Part shown: in pieces, positions 37,300 through 46,803 of the stretch
Layout of the letters: each line of letters opens with the position of its first letter
How positions within the stretch are numbered: position 1 is the stretch's first letter
Source of the DNA: an uncultured Flavobacteriales bacterium
GTDB taxonomy: Bacteria; Bacteroidota; Bacteroidia; Flavobacteriales_D; CAJJDF01
DNA: 64,000 nucleotides
Direction of reading: 5' to 3'
Assembly: GCA_905182785.1 (NCBI GenBank)
Contig: CAJJDF010000024.1
Span: 3,954-67,953 of the forward strand
The notes under the pieces: generated by a model
Told to the model about the DNA's origin: nothing
Seen by the model: the letters and a program-made list of their open reading frames with translations, nothing else
Database searches by the model: none
Made by a program: the position numbers and the translations under genes

Positions 37300-40200
37300 T
37301 TAGAAGTTTGTCAAATCTGGTGGTCTTAATGCACCAAACCATTTTATCACTTTTTCACCCACATCTGGAACATCAAAATGTATAATATACACCCCTCCAG
37401 CAATAGGAACTCCATTTATATTTTTAAGATCCCAATCCAATGATGTCAATGGATCATCTTTTGTAAATGTTCTTATTAATGAACCTCCTACATTATAAAT
37501 TCTTACTGTACATTTCTCTGGTAAGTTAGTCAACTTAACTCTTGAGTCCAATCTTTTAGTTTCGTAATTAGAATAAGCATAGTAAGGATTGGGTACTACA
37601 TTAATCATCTTTAATGCACTTGTTGCTGTATCTGTAACACCAATTCCTGTTGCCACTGATTCTGTATTAAATTGATATAAGTTATACCAATCATTTTTAC
37701 TATTTCCAACATTTGAAGAAGGCTTATTAACAATATATCCTTTGTTAGCATACCTTTCATAATTTGTTTCTACCCTTACTTTTAGTATTGCATCTGTAGC
37801 TAAAAAAGTTCTGCCTGGTATAGTCATAGGCGTTCCTACCCACATACAAGAGCGCCATACTCTAAGTTTCTCTAGAGTATTTGTTCCTGACAATCTGTTG
37901 TAAATACTTGCCCCATCGTCATAATACTTAGTTGCATTGTTGTCATTTGCCAAAATTGGTGGAGTTGTTAATAAGCTATTATTTCTGAAAATATATAAGT
38001 AATGTTTTCCTCCTGCAACGACACTTCCAAGTCCTTGATAAAAAGTAGATGTTGGGTTGAACATCATATCTCTTCCATTATCCCCTGCCAGCCAAGAATC
38101 TTCTCCGTAAACAACATTTAATCTTTCTCCAGTTTCTAGATCAATTACATATCCTGGAAACCATCCCATCCCTGTTGCACTAACTAAATCTCCTTCTCCA
38201 GAGTTATAGCCTGCATCCCCTGCTTGTTTCCCATTTTTATCAATAGAAGCTGCTGCTCTTATATTTAATTTACTCACTCCACCCTCTGCTAGAGTTGTTT
38301 TATCTTGAGTTTCTAATACAGAGCATCTAGTCCACAATGATTTATCTTTTGTATAGACAACATCAACACTATTCAATAATCCCATTCCATTGTAATTGAC
38401 TACTGCACCAGCAGCATAACTTCCTCCAACTGGAGTATTGTCAATAGCTTGAGGACCTAATAATCTAAACGGAGCAAAAGTACCTCCTGCAATCCCTTCA
38501 AACTGTTGTTCGTCATCTAAACCTTGGTAATCATTGTAGTCTCCTTCTGGTGTAGCTGGATCAACAACCTGTGTTCCACTTCTTATCCAGTTTGCTGATG
38601 TGTTTCCATCTTGATCTGGGAACCCTAATAACCATGCTTGTGATGGATCTTCATAAGTTAAACTCCAATCAATTAAATTAGTTGAAAGCTCTAAAGAACC
38701 TGCTCCTGGGGCAATATCAGTTTTTACTGCTCTATTTAAATGAAGATATTGCTCAATATTAATTGAGAATCCATAATCTGGAAATAATTGTTCATTCCCT
38801 AAAACTATGTCTCTATCCGATACTATAATTGAGTCATCACTTAATCGTTTCAATTCCCATGTTGCAGCATTTAATCCATTAGAACCATCTTTTATAAACT
38901 TAACTTGGTATTCGTCAGATGGTAAATTCAATGGGTCAATAATTTTAACATCTATTGGTCCTTTTCCAGCTGCATAAGTTAATTCATCTACTCTGTTGTT
39001 TCTTGCTATTTCTAGTCTAGAAGCATCAGTTAAATCCAATTCATTTCCTCCGTTACCCATTCCTTCAATTCTCACAATTTCAACTCCGTCTCCGTAGTTT
39101 GCGTTCTGAACTGTCCCTCCAGCTTCTGGTGTTGGGTTATGAGGAATTCCAGGATAAGATTGTATTTCTGATCCATCATATCCTTTTCTACTTGCGATAT
39201 AAGGTTTTTGTTGTCCATTCAATGAACCTGCATCTGTTGGGTCATATTTTTTGAAATTATTATAACCATAGGAAATTATTAAGAAATAGTAAGTTTTGTG
39301 ATTTACTATTTTTGGATCTCCTTTTGCAAATAAATCGTCTGTTACTCTTAATGAATGTTTTATTCCTGCATCTGCTCCATTAGCAAATAATTGAGGGACT
39401 CCAACTCCCATTACTGGATCAATCGAATAATTGATTAATTGCGTTACTCCATTTTTAATATCGTACTGAGCAATTAGTCTAGACTTATCTATATCATAAA
39501 TATCAGAAGCCGAAACTGAAATATCTTTTAATTGGTATATTTGGTATCCTTCAAAAGTGTAATAGTTGTTTTTTCCGTTAATTGCTTTTAACGAAGGATC
39601 TAATAGACTTGTATCAATAGTTGGATCAAGTTTAGAGTAATTTTCAATATCAGCTCCGTTTGCTGTAGGATCAATTGTTAGAATCAATTCTTTGTCCAAT
39701 TCTTGAATAACAAGTTTTGGTGCATCTGGCCCTTCTAATATCTCAAAACAATTATCAAATAAACTTTGTGCTTTATCATCAGCCGCAGTTAATTTAGCTA
39801 TAGAAGAAAGGTTCCCACTTGTTCCCCTTCCGTAAACAACTCCTACTGTAATGTTGTTCAATGCTCCTGGCTCTAAAGTAAATGGCCCAGCAGATTGCAA
39901 GAATCTTCTATCTCCTGGTGCGTTACCTACTGATGTTTCTGACCAAGGTGCTGCAGCTACGGAAGTATTTCCTCCAGTTCCCCATCCTTCTGGGTCTGTA
40001 TTAACTCCTGTTGCAGGATTACTTGGGAACATGAAATCACAATCTACTCCTGATGTTGATGAACCAACTGGTGCTGGATACGCATCTCCTCCATATTGAA
40101 ATTTAACTCCATCTTTCCATAATCCCTTAAGGTAATTATAATGTTCAATTTGGTTGTCAGGATCACTTTGATTACCCGAAGCCGAATTGTTATAATATAC

Positions 40201-41460
40201 AAATCTTCTCATCCCAAATCTTTCGTTATCTATAGTTGAATCTCCATAACCGATCCCATTACCAGGAACTGCTTCTGTTAAGAAGTTAGAAGAACCATTT
40301 ACAAAAAATGGATTTGCTTTACCATCATTATCCTGGTAAGGCCCTTCAAAGAAATCTACTCCAATAGCAGGTGGATTTGCTCCATAAGGAACTGCTCCAT
40401 TTGAACAATTATCATCAGTTGCATCTGCATTATAAGCATAACCTAACCCTCTTCCTACATCACAACCTACATAATCATCTTGTGCACAACCTAAATCTGT
40501 ATCTACATTTTGTCCAAAATAAGTGTCAAATAAAGTTTGAGTAGAACGGTTAATCATTTCATAATTATAAAATGTCATGTCGTTTATCTCATCATTGGTT
40601 GCAAATGAAAAGGCTTGTCCTCTTATTTCCATTCCTATTGATTCACCTCCAGATTCTGTATGAATATTTCCTCTGTCATTAAAAATCCACCAAATAGTGT
40701 AATCTCCAAACAATGTTACTTGACGATCGTTTCTACAATCAATCTCTTCTTCTATGTCATACCAAGGGTAATCACCATTGGCAACATTATAAACGCCATC
40801 TCCATCATTGTCATAAAAAGGAGCAATGTAATAATCTTGAAATTTTGAAACATCTCCGTGTGCTGGCCAATCTAGTATACTTGATGGAATTGCATAACCA
40901 GGAAAATCATCTGAAGCGTTACATAAAGGGTCTTGAGAACAAATATAAAAAGACCTGTAAGTTTCTACTTCCTGTCTTGTGATTACAAAAAACTTATCCC
41001 AAGCAGCACATTCTGCTGCATTAATATCTGCTGCACCAAAATCTTTTTTATCAACACCATTTCCTGATCCTGCTGTTGTAGAAAGTGGTCCTGGCCAGTA
41101 ATCATTTCCATCTGATCTAAATCTAATGGCAGCAAGTTTCAATTGATTAGTAGCATCAACACCACCCATCCAAAGACCTCCAGCATATATTGGTGAAGTT
41201 CCTGCGTCTTTTGGCACGATATAAGATGCTCTAGATAAAGATCTATTATACCATAATAAACCACTGTTTTCTATGTAGGCACTCGCGTTATTAAACTCTA
41301 ATGTTCGGTTCTGACTAGCTGGCGCACACCCTGCTGCTCTAGTTGCTATGGAACTTCCCGATCTTGAAGAGGTTCCCACCCATTCTCTTGCCGTTAAGAC
41401 AGAAGATAAAAGTAAACCAACACCTAAAAGAAAAAATTTGTTTGTATTGTAAGTTTTCAT
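37300..41460 (-). CDS. 1386-aa secreted protein of unknown function with a T9SS-CTD-like C-terminus
   Basis: Signal peptide (LLSSVLTA). G/D/N/Y-rich with DNDGDG-type acidic loops. C-terminal VVPNPYYAYSNYE...VRIYNVGGSLIRTF...GGVYIIHFDV resembles a type A CTD. I found no protease, lipase or glycosidase signature. Confidence 0.6.
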   Translation of the reverse strand: MKTYNTNKFFLLGVGLLLSSVLTAREWVGTSSRSGSSIATRAAGCAPASQNRTLEFNNASAYIENSGLLWYNRSLSRASYIVPKDAGTSPIYAGGLWMGGVDATNQLKLAAIRFRSDGNDYWPGPLSTTAGSGNGVDKKDFGAADINAAECAAWDKFFVITRQEVETYRSFYICSQDPLCNASDDFPGYAIPSSILDWPAHGDVSKFQDYYIAPFYDNDGDGVYNVANGDYPWYDIEEEIDCRNDRQVTLFGDYTIWWIFNDRGNIHTESGGESIGMEIRGQAFSFATNDEINDMTFYNYEMINRSTQTLFDTYFGQNVDTDLGCAQDDYVGCDVGRGLGYAYNADATDDNCSNGAVPYGANPPAIGVDFFEGPYQDNDGKANPFFVNGSSNFLTEAVPGNGIGYGDSTIDNERFGMRRFVYYNNSASGNQSDPDNQIEHYNYLKGLWKDGVKFQYGGDAYPAPVGSSTSGVDCDFMFPSNPATGVNTDPEGWGTGGNTSVAAAPWSETSVGNAPGDRRFLQSAGPFTLEPGALNNITVGVVYGRGTSGNLSSIAKLTAADDKAQSLFDNCFEILEGPDAPKLVIQELDKELILTIDPTANGADIENYSKLDPTIDTSLLDPSLKAINGKNNYYTFEGYQIYQLKDISVSASDIYDIDKSRLIAQYDIKNGVTQLINYSIDPVMGVGVPQLFANGADAGIKHSLRVTDDLFAKGDPKIVNHKTYYFLIISYGYNNFKKYDPTDAGSLNGQQKPYIASRKGYDGSEIQSYPGIPHNPTPEAGGTVQNANYGDGVEIVRIEGMGNGGNELDLTDASRLEIARNNRVDELTYAAGKGPIDVKIIDPLNLPSDEYQVKFIKDGSNGLNAATWELKRLSDDSIIVSDRDIVLGNEQLFPDYGFSINIEQYLHLNRAVKTDIAPGAGSLELSTNLIDWSLTYEDPSQAWLLGFPDQDGNTSANWIRSGTQVVDPATPEGDYNDYQGLDDEQQFEGIAGGTFAPFRLLGPQAIDNTPVGGSYAAGAVVNYNGMGLLNSVDVVYTKDKSLWTRCSVLETQDKTTLAEGGVSKLNIRAAASIDKNGKQAGDAGYNSGEGDLVSATGMGWFPGYVIDLETGERLNVVYGEDSWLAGDNGRDMMFNPTSTFYQGLGSVVAGGKHYLYIFRNNSLLTTPPILANDNNATKYYDDGASIYNRLSGTNTLEKLRVWRSCMWVGTPMTIPGRTFLATDAILKVRVETNYERYANKGYIVNKPSSNVGNSKNDWYNLYQFNTESVATGIGVTDTATSALKMINVVPNPYYAYSNYETKRLDSRVKLTNLPEKCTVRIYNVGGSLIRTFTKDDPLTSLDWDLKNINGVPIAGGVYIIHFDVPDVGEKVIKWFGALRPPDLTNF

Positions 41461-41472
41461 ATTCTAATATTT

Positions 41473-44400
41473 TTAAAAATCAAGTTTCACACCAAGTCTA
41501 ATTGTTCTTGGTAACGAATAATTAAAAGGATTGTTCATTCTTAAAGCATAATACTCTCTGAATGATGCTTCGCTAATTTGACTAGCAATAATTGTTTGGA
41601 ATTGAGCATCTGATAAAAATCCATCATCATCAGGATTTCCTGTTGCTCTATACACTCCTAATATATTCTTCGTGTTAAATAAATTATTTACCAATAAATA
41701 TACATTCAATGCTGCAGATTTTTGTTTTTTAGATCCAAACTTTAACATGAAATTTCTATCCACTTGCATTGCAACTCTAAATGTTCCAGGATTTCTTGAA
41801 CCACTAGGAGTTCCTTCAAGAACTGAAGCTCCTAATCCTGTAAGTGATGATACCGTTTTTGAGGCAGAATAAGGTCTTCCTGATGAATAGTTTGCTGTAA
41901 AGTTAACTCCTGTATTTTCAAGAATTTTTTTACCTCCTAATACCAATCCGTTATAATCTTTTCCTTGTCCATATCTAAAATCAACTGTTCCTGTTACAAC
42001 ATGTCTTTGATCATAGCTGTAAGGAAAGATTGCTCTTAAGTTTGGTTGACCAGAGTTAATTAAACTAAGGGACGAACCTGCACTAGATCCAGTTCCTTCT
42101 GCAAATTGAAGTGTGTAAGATACTTTCATCCAAAGATTCTTCGATTTTCTTTTGTCAAAAGTTAAAGTAAGTCCTTTTACTGTTCCAAAATCAAGGTTAC
42201 CAAATGAACGGTAAGTTTTAGGATAAGCTCCCGCAACATTAACTACTGTAATTTCATCTCTTTGCTCTCTATAGAAACCTGCAATTTTCAATGAAGATGA
42301 TCTACTTAATACTTGTTGGAATCCAACTTCATAATCAATCGTTCTTGTTGGTTTCAAATCTGGATTATTTATTACATCCGCAGAAATATTATCTATGTAT
42401 AAATAGTCTAAAGGATTCAATCTATTTCCTGTAGTTGGTCTTTGTGATAAAATATCATAATGAGCAAAAAACAAAGCATCTTCCGAAATTGGGAAAGAAA
42501 AAGAAATTCTTGGCATTACAATAATAGAAGGTTTATAATCTTCAAATGCATTAGAATTTATTTGATCAGTTGGAGAAACTCCATCTGCTAAATAAGGTGC
42601 TATACCATTTGGAGATTCAATTGTAGTAGGGTCTGTTATTTCAATTCCATCCGCATTGTACCAAGTGTTCCCGTTTCTATATCCATTAATAGCTGTAGGA
42701 GCATTTATGTCATTTACATAGACAACATAATCATCTCCCATATTTGCAGGGTGACTAATCTCAACACCTCCTGGTAAAGATCCAACTTCTGCAACTGTTC
42801 TTGCTGGTCTTAATAAATATTTGTCTTTTAGTACTGATTGATTTGCATCAAATCTATCAACTCTTACTCCTACATTAAATATGATATCATTGAATGAAAA
42901 TTTATCCATAATAAATCCAGCAAAATAAATTGGTTCAAATGCACCAACTTGTCTTTTGAAATTACCCGATTCGTCTTTCTCTGTAAAGAAATCATCTAAA
43001 CTTGGGTTAGAATTAATTTTCTTCCCTGTGTGATCATAACCATAGTAACTAATAAAACTTTGATCAAACCCCCCATTTGTTAGTTCGTCTGCACTAAAGA
43101 AATCTACATTAAATTGAGATGGGTCCATTGCGTCTACCACAATGAAATCTGATCCATTTGGATCCAATCCTAAGGATTGTCTTAAGTTATAATCAAAAAA
43201 CGTTTGTGCTTCGGTACTAATTAACCTATCGTAGGTTCTATATAAATACGTTCCTTTGTATTCTTCGTTATAACTATCAAGGTTCAACTCTCCAATATGG
43301 CTATTTGCCAATTGCCTCATTCTTGTCCAAAGTCCAATTGGTCCAATTCCGTAAGATCTATCTGATCTTTGTTCGTATTCAAAACCTAAAGTCATTGCGT
43401 GATCTCCAACATTAGCAGAACCGGAAGCTGTAACTCTAAATTGTCCAAACTCCCCATAATTATATCCTCCTGGCTGGACCCCTACGTTTGTAAATAAGCC
43501 ATAAACCGATCTTGGTACATCTCCATTTCTTAATGCTTGACCTTGTAGTACATTATCTAAACTTCTTACTCTTCCACTATTAAAATCATAATATTGACTA
43601 GTAACTGCAGCTAAATCAGCATTTTTATCTGAAGGTGTAAAGTCAGCAGAAGTTTCTAAAAACCCATTATGAATGTATGTATTAGATGAAGCATCATATT
43701 CATAATTATTTTCAAACTGTCTATCAAAATTTCCTACATATCCATAATCGAATAAATTATCTCCATGACGGGTGTTTTTTGTGTTGTTTGATGATTTAGA
43801 ATAATCAACCATTACAGTATAATAAGCATTTTTAATTTTTGATTCTTTTTCACCTTCTTCAACAACATTATTAGCAAATCTCTGTGTTAATTTACCGTAA
43901 GCTCTCCATGTACTATTAGTACTATTAGATAAATTTTCTGAATTTAATAAAGAACTTGCAAAGTTATATCCGTTTCCATTACCCCAATCTAAAGTTCCTC
44001 CAAAAGACAAATTAATATTTGGTCCCGTATTTACATCAATTTTTGTAGAAATAGAGGCACTCCTTTGGGCCGCATTCTGTCTGAATTTTATTTTTTCAAA
44101 ATCATTCATTGTTAAATACTCAGTCTTGTAATTAATCCCATTTGATTGGTTTCTTACAACTGGATTTAACAAAATATCATCTTTCACATCTTGTTTTAAC
44201 TGAAACTGATCAATTGCTAAAGGTCTTGAGTCTACTATATGACGAGCATTCCCTGAGATAAAGAACCCTAAAATTGGTTTTGTTTTTTTCCCATTTGAAT
44301 CTTTTTTCATAAAAAGTGGTCCTGATAAACTTCCTTCTAATAAGTTATACCCATAATTATCAGTTCCATAAGTATTATCTCCAATTTTATATCCAGAAGT

Positions 44401-45117
44401 AACATATTCAATACCTCCAAAATAGAAACTCGATGGGCCTCTAGTTGTAATCGAAATTACACCTCCTGTAGCATCTCCATAACTAGCTGGTAAACCTCCT
44501 GTAATTACAGCAACTTCTTGAATTGCTGATTTTGGCAAATTTGCTGACCCTCTTACTTTAATTCCATCTATATAATAGTAAGTAGCATCTGATCTTGCTC
44601 CTCTAATACTAGAAATTGCTCCGTTACCATCAGTAGCAACACCACCAACAGTTGCGGCTATAGAAGCTGCAGATCTTCCTGGCATTTTTGCGATTTCATC
44701 TTTTGTCATTGTTCCCCCAGAAGATCCTCCGTCTCTATCAATTAATGGCACTTCATAGTCAACAACTGTAAATTCTTCTAATGTTACATCTCCATTTTCT
44801 AACAAGATGTTTTGGAATGTAATTTTATTACTCTTTACTATAATCCCATTTACTTGATATTTTTTATATCCAACAAAACTAACTTTCAATTCATAACTCC
44901 CCGGCTGTATAGAATTTATTACAAATTTTCCATCCAGATCAGAAGCGGCTCCTGCCTTTTGTGTTCCGTTTTGAATCAATACTAAATTAACAAATGGCAA
45001 GGTTTCTCCAGTTGATTTATCTGTAATTGTTCCCTTAAGCTGACCTGTACCAGCTTGAGAGAAAGCGAATGACAGTGTAAACACTGTAATAAACGTTAGA
45101 ATAATTTTTTTAATCAT
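41473..45117 (-). CDS. TonB-dependent-receptor-like outer-membrane protein with an N-terminal carboxypeptidase-regulatory-like domain
   Basis: 1214 aa with a signal peptide. GTITDKSTGETLPFVNLVL...GKFVINSIQPGSYELKVSFVGY is the CarbopepD_reg-like domain. Plug region (ISSIRGARSDATYYYIDGIKV...GGVISITT). C-terminal ...RLGVKLDF ends in the aromatic residue typical of OM barrels. Confidence 0.8.
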   Translation of the reverse strand: MIKKIILTFITVFTLSFAFSQAGTGQLKGTITDKSTGETLPFVNLVLIQNGTQKAGAASDLDGKFVINSIQPGSYELKVSFVGYKKYQVNGIIVKSNKITFQNILLENGDVTLEEFTVVDYEVPLIDRDGGSSGGTMTKDEIAKMPGRSAASIAATVGGVATDGNGAISSIRGARSDATYYYIDGIKVRGSANLPKSAIQEVAVITGGLPASYGDATGGVISITTRGPSSFYFGGIEYVTSGYKIGDNTYGTDNYGYNLLEGSLSGPLFMKKDSNGKKTKPILGFFISGNARHIVDSRPLAIDQFQLKQDVKDDILLNPVVRNQSNGINYKTEYLTMNDFEKIKFRQNAAQRSASISTKIDVNTGPNINLSFGGTLDWGNGNGYNFASSLLNSENLSNSTNSTWRAYGKLTQRFANNVVEEGEKESKIKNAYYTVMVDYSKSSNNTKNTRHGDNLFDYGYVGNFDRQFENNYEYDASSNTYIHNGFLETSADFTPSDKNADLAAVTSQYYDFNSGRVRSLDNVLQGQALRNGDVPRSVYGLFTNVGVQPGGYNYGEFGQFRVTASGSANVGDHAMTLGFEYEQRSDRSYGIGPIGLWTRMRQLANSHIGELNLDSYNEEYKGTYLYRTYDRLISTEAQTFFDYNLRQSLGLDPNGSDFIVVDAMDPSQFNVDFFSADELTNGGFDQSFISYYGYDHTGKKINSNPSLDDFFTEKDESGNFKRQVGAFEPIYFAGFIMDKFSFNDIIFNVGVRVDRFDANQSVLKDKYLLRPARTVAEVGSLPGGVEISHPANMGDDYVVYVNDINAPTAINGYRNGNTWYNADGIEITDPTTIESPNGIAPYLADGVSPTDQINSNAFEDYKPSIIVMPRISFSFPISEDALFFAHYDILSQRPTTGNRLNPLDYLYIDNISADVINNPDLKPTRTIDYEVGFQQVLSRSSSLKIAGFYREQRDEITVVNVAGAYPKTYRSFGNLDFGTVKGLTLTFDKRKSKNLWMKVSYTLQFAEGTGSSAGSSLSLINSGQPNLRAIFPYSYDQRHVVTGTVDFRYGQGKDYNGLVLGGKKILENTGVNFTANYSSGRPYSASKTVSSLTGLGASVLEGTPSGSRNPGTFRVAMQVDRNFMLKFGSKKQKSAALNVYLLVNNLFNTKNILGVYRATGNPDDDGFLSDAQFQTIIASQISEASFREYYALRMNNPFNYSLPRTIRLGVKLDF

Positions 45118-45254
45118 ATTGCTCTTATTTTATAATGTCTCTAGATTTTAATCGCTTAGAATCTAGCTCATCCATTATTATATTTCAAAAATTTTAAATA
45201 GTTACAAGTCGTAAATATAAAATATTTTTAAGTTATTTTAACATAATCTTAAAC

Positions 45255-45262
45255 CAAATATA
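45255..45262 (-). promoter_or_regulatory. candidate Bacteroidota -7 promoter box (TAnnTTTG) upstream of the TBDR-like operon
   Basis: The minus strand reads TATATTTG, about 140 nt upstream of the start at 45117 in a 265-bp AT-rich spacer. I found no convincing -33 TTTG partner. Confidence 0.2.
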
Positions 45263-45382
45263 TTAGTTATTTTTTCCTATTGAAAGAAAAGAAATTTAAA
45301 AAATGATAAAAATATACATTTCAATATTTTATACTAGAAGTTTAGTAATTATTTAAAGGTCATTTTTTTATAATTACACCCT

Positions 45383-45670
45383 CTATTTCATAACAAAAGG
45401 GAAATTAACGCCTCTTTTTTTTCTATTAGAGCGCTTCCTATTTCTCTTTAATCTTCTTCTTACCTTTTTATCTTGAATGTTTAAATGCTTTTCTTTTCCT
45501 GCCTTTTTAGCTTTTCTAATTTCTTTTTCTTTCTTCTTCTCCGTTTTTCTTAATTGCTTTTCTCTTTTTTTTGGAGAAACTGACTTCCCTCTTTTAGATC
45601 TTTGGGATAAAAAATCTAAGGGAGAGGATACAAGGAAAATAGCTAGTATAATAGTTGCGATTTTTTTCAT
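45383..45670 (-). CDS. small secreted, extremely basic Lys/Arg-rich protein (hypothetical)
   Basis: 95 aa. A signal-peptide-like MKKIATIILAIFLVSSPLDFLSQ is followed by about 70 residues dominated by K/R/E. The opposite strand is also open (track ORF 45477..45686) because of low complexity, so coding status is uncertain. Confidence 0.35.
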   Translation of the reverse strand: MKKIATIILAIFLVSSPLDFLSQRSKRGKSVSPKKREKQLRKTEKKKEKEIRKAKKAGKEKHLNIQDKKVRRRLKRNRKRSNRKKRGVNFPFVMK

Positions 45671-45988
45671 GAATAAATATACATAATCTCAAAATTGAAA
45701 GCGGACAATAAAAACAATAAAACTCCAATACTATGGTTAGGTAATTCCATCTTAGATAATGCCTTTTCTTTTAAATACTTTCCCTTTTTACCCTATCTAA
45801 TATTCTTAATGTATCATCCTTATCACTTATTTCAGTCCCAATAATTACAATTCTTCAAGAGGCGCTATCTAAGGAGACTTCTTTTCAGACTTAAGACTAA
45901 ATAATGTTAAAAAACGGAATTTTTTTAACATTTGAAACGTATTGTAAATTAACTTTTTGTAATTTTAACAGTTATTAAAAGCGCCTTC

Positions 45989-46744
45989 ATGTTAAAAAAA
46001 ATATTTTTTTTCTTGTTATTATGTAGCATGACTATTTCTTATGGACAATCGAGTATCACTGATTCTTCTATAAATATACCTTTGCTTAAATTAGGTTATT
46101 CTGCTAATTTTCCTGGCAAAGATCTGAAAGATCGTTTTGGTTTTACTTCTTCCTTAAATGCAAGGTTTGAAATTAAACTAAAGTCCCAATGGATTGTTGG
46201 GGTAAAGTATGATTTTTTATTTGGAGGTAATGTTTCGGATTCGGGTATGTTAAAAGAATTAATCACATCTTCTGGAGGAATTATAGGTGTTGATGGTAAA
46301 TTCTCCACCTACGAAATGCTTCAAAGAGGTCATCACATAGGGGTTTATTTGGGAAGACTTTTACCTTACTTATCTACTAACCCAAACTCTGGGTTTGTTA
46401 TTACGGCAGGTGTTGGATTATTGACTCACAAAATAAACTTCAATAATATAAATAATGACATTATTCAACTTAATGGGATATACAAAGGCGGATACGACAG
46501 GTATACTTCTGGAATATCTTTCACAGAATTTATTGGCTATCGCTATATGAGTAATAATAAATTAATGAATTTTTATTGTGGGATTGAATTTACTCAAGCT
46601 TTTACAAAACTAAGAAGAGACTACCAGGTAGATTATGAAATTAATGATCCTAGATTTGGAATGAGGAACGATAACCTTTTCAACATTCAAGTAGGGTGGA
46701 TTTTACCAATTTACAGCAGAGTTCCTAAGGAATTTTATTATTAA
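45989..46744 (+). CDS. hypothetical exported protein, probably a small outer-membrane beta-barrel
   Basis: 251 aa. Signal peptide (LLLCSMTISYGQ). Alternating hydrophobic pattern, with aromatic C-terminal residues (...EFYY). Confidence 0.45.
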   Translation: MLKKIFFFLLLCSMTISYGQSSITDSSINIPLLKLGYSANFPGKDLKDRFGFTSSLNARFEIKLKSQWIVGVKYDFLFGGNVSDSGMLKELITSSGGIIGVDGKFSTYEMLQRGHHIGVYLGRLLPYLSTNPNSGFVITAGVGLLTHKINFNNINNDIIQLNGIYKGGYDRYTSGISFTEFIGYRYMSNNKLMNFYCGIEFTQAFTKLRRDYQVDYEINDPRFGMRNDNLFNIQVGWILPIYSRVPKEFYY

Positions 46745-46803
46745 ACAATAGAAAATATTTTATACCTTAATAAGTGTAAAAATAAATGAATACAACAGCT
46801 TTC

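Noticed and set aside
36195-41460. Calling the 1386-aa and 353-aa pair porU/porV
   Set aside because: Gene order and sizes are reminiscent of porU-porV. However, I could not find gingipain/C25-type His and Cys boxes in the 1386-aa protein. The 353-aa barrel is shorter than typical PorV and lacks the PFL..PDARS-type opening I remember. I kept the calls as PorV/PorQ-like and unknown.
41473-45117. Interpreting the TonB-dependent-receptor-like gene as part of a SusC/SusD polysaccharide utilisation locus
   Set aside because: No SusD-like lipoprotein gene follows it. The downstream genes are the CTD protein and the PorV-like barrel.
45477-45686. Plus-strand 69-aa track ORF
   Set aside because: It is antisense to the K/R-rich ORF, and its Phe/Ser/Leu-rich sequence is the mirror image of an AAG/AAA-rich tract. 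The minus-strand frame at least has a signal-peptide-like start.
45904-45931. 11-bp hairpin atgttaaaaaa/ttttttaacat considered as a terminator or sRNA end
   Set aside because: The stem is almost purely A/T and therefore weak. No gene ends upstream of it on either strand in a position where termination would be expected.
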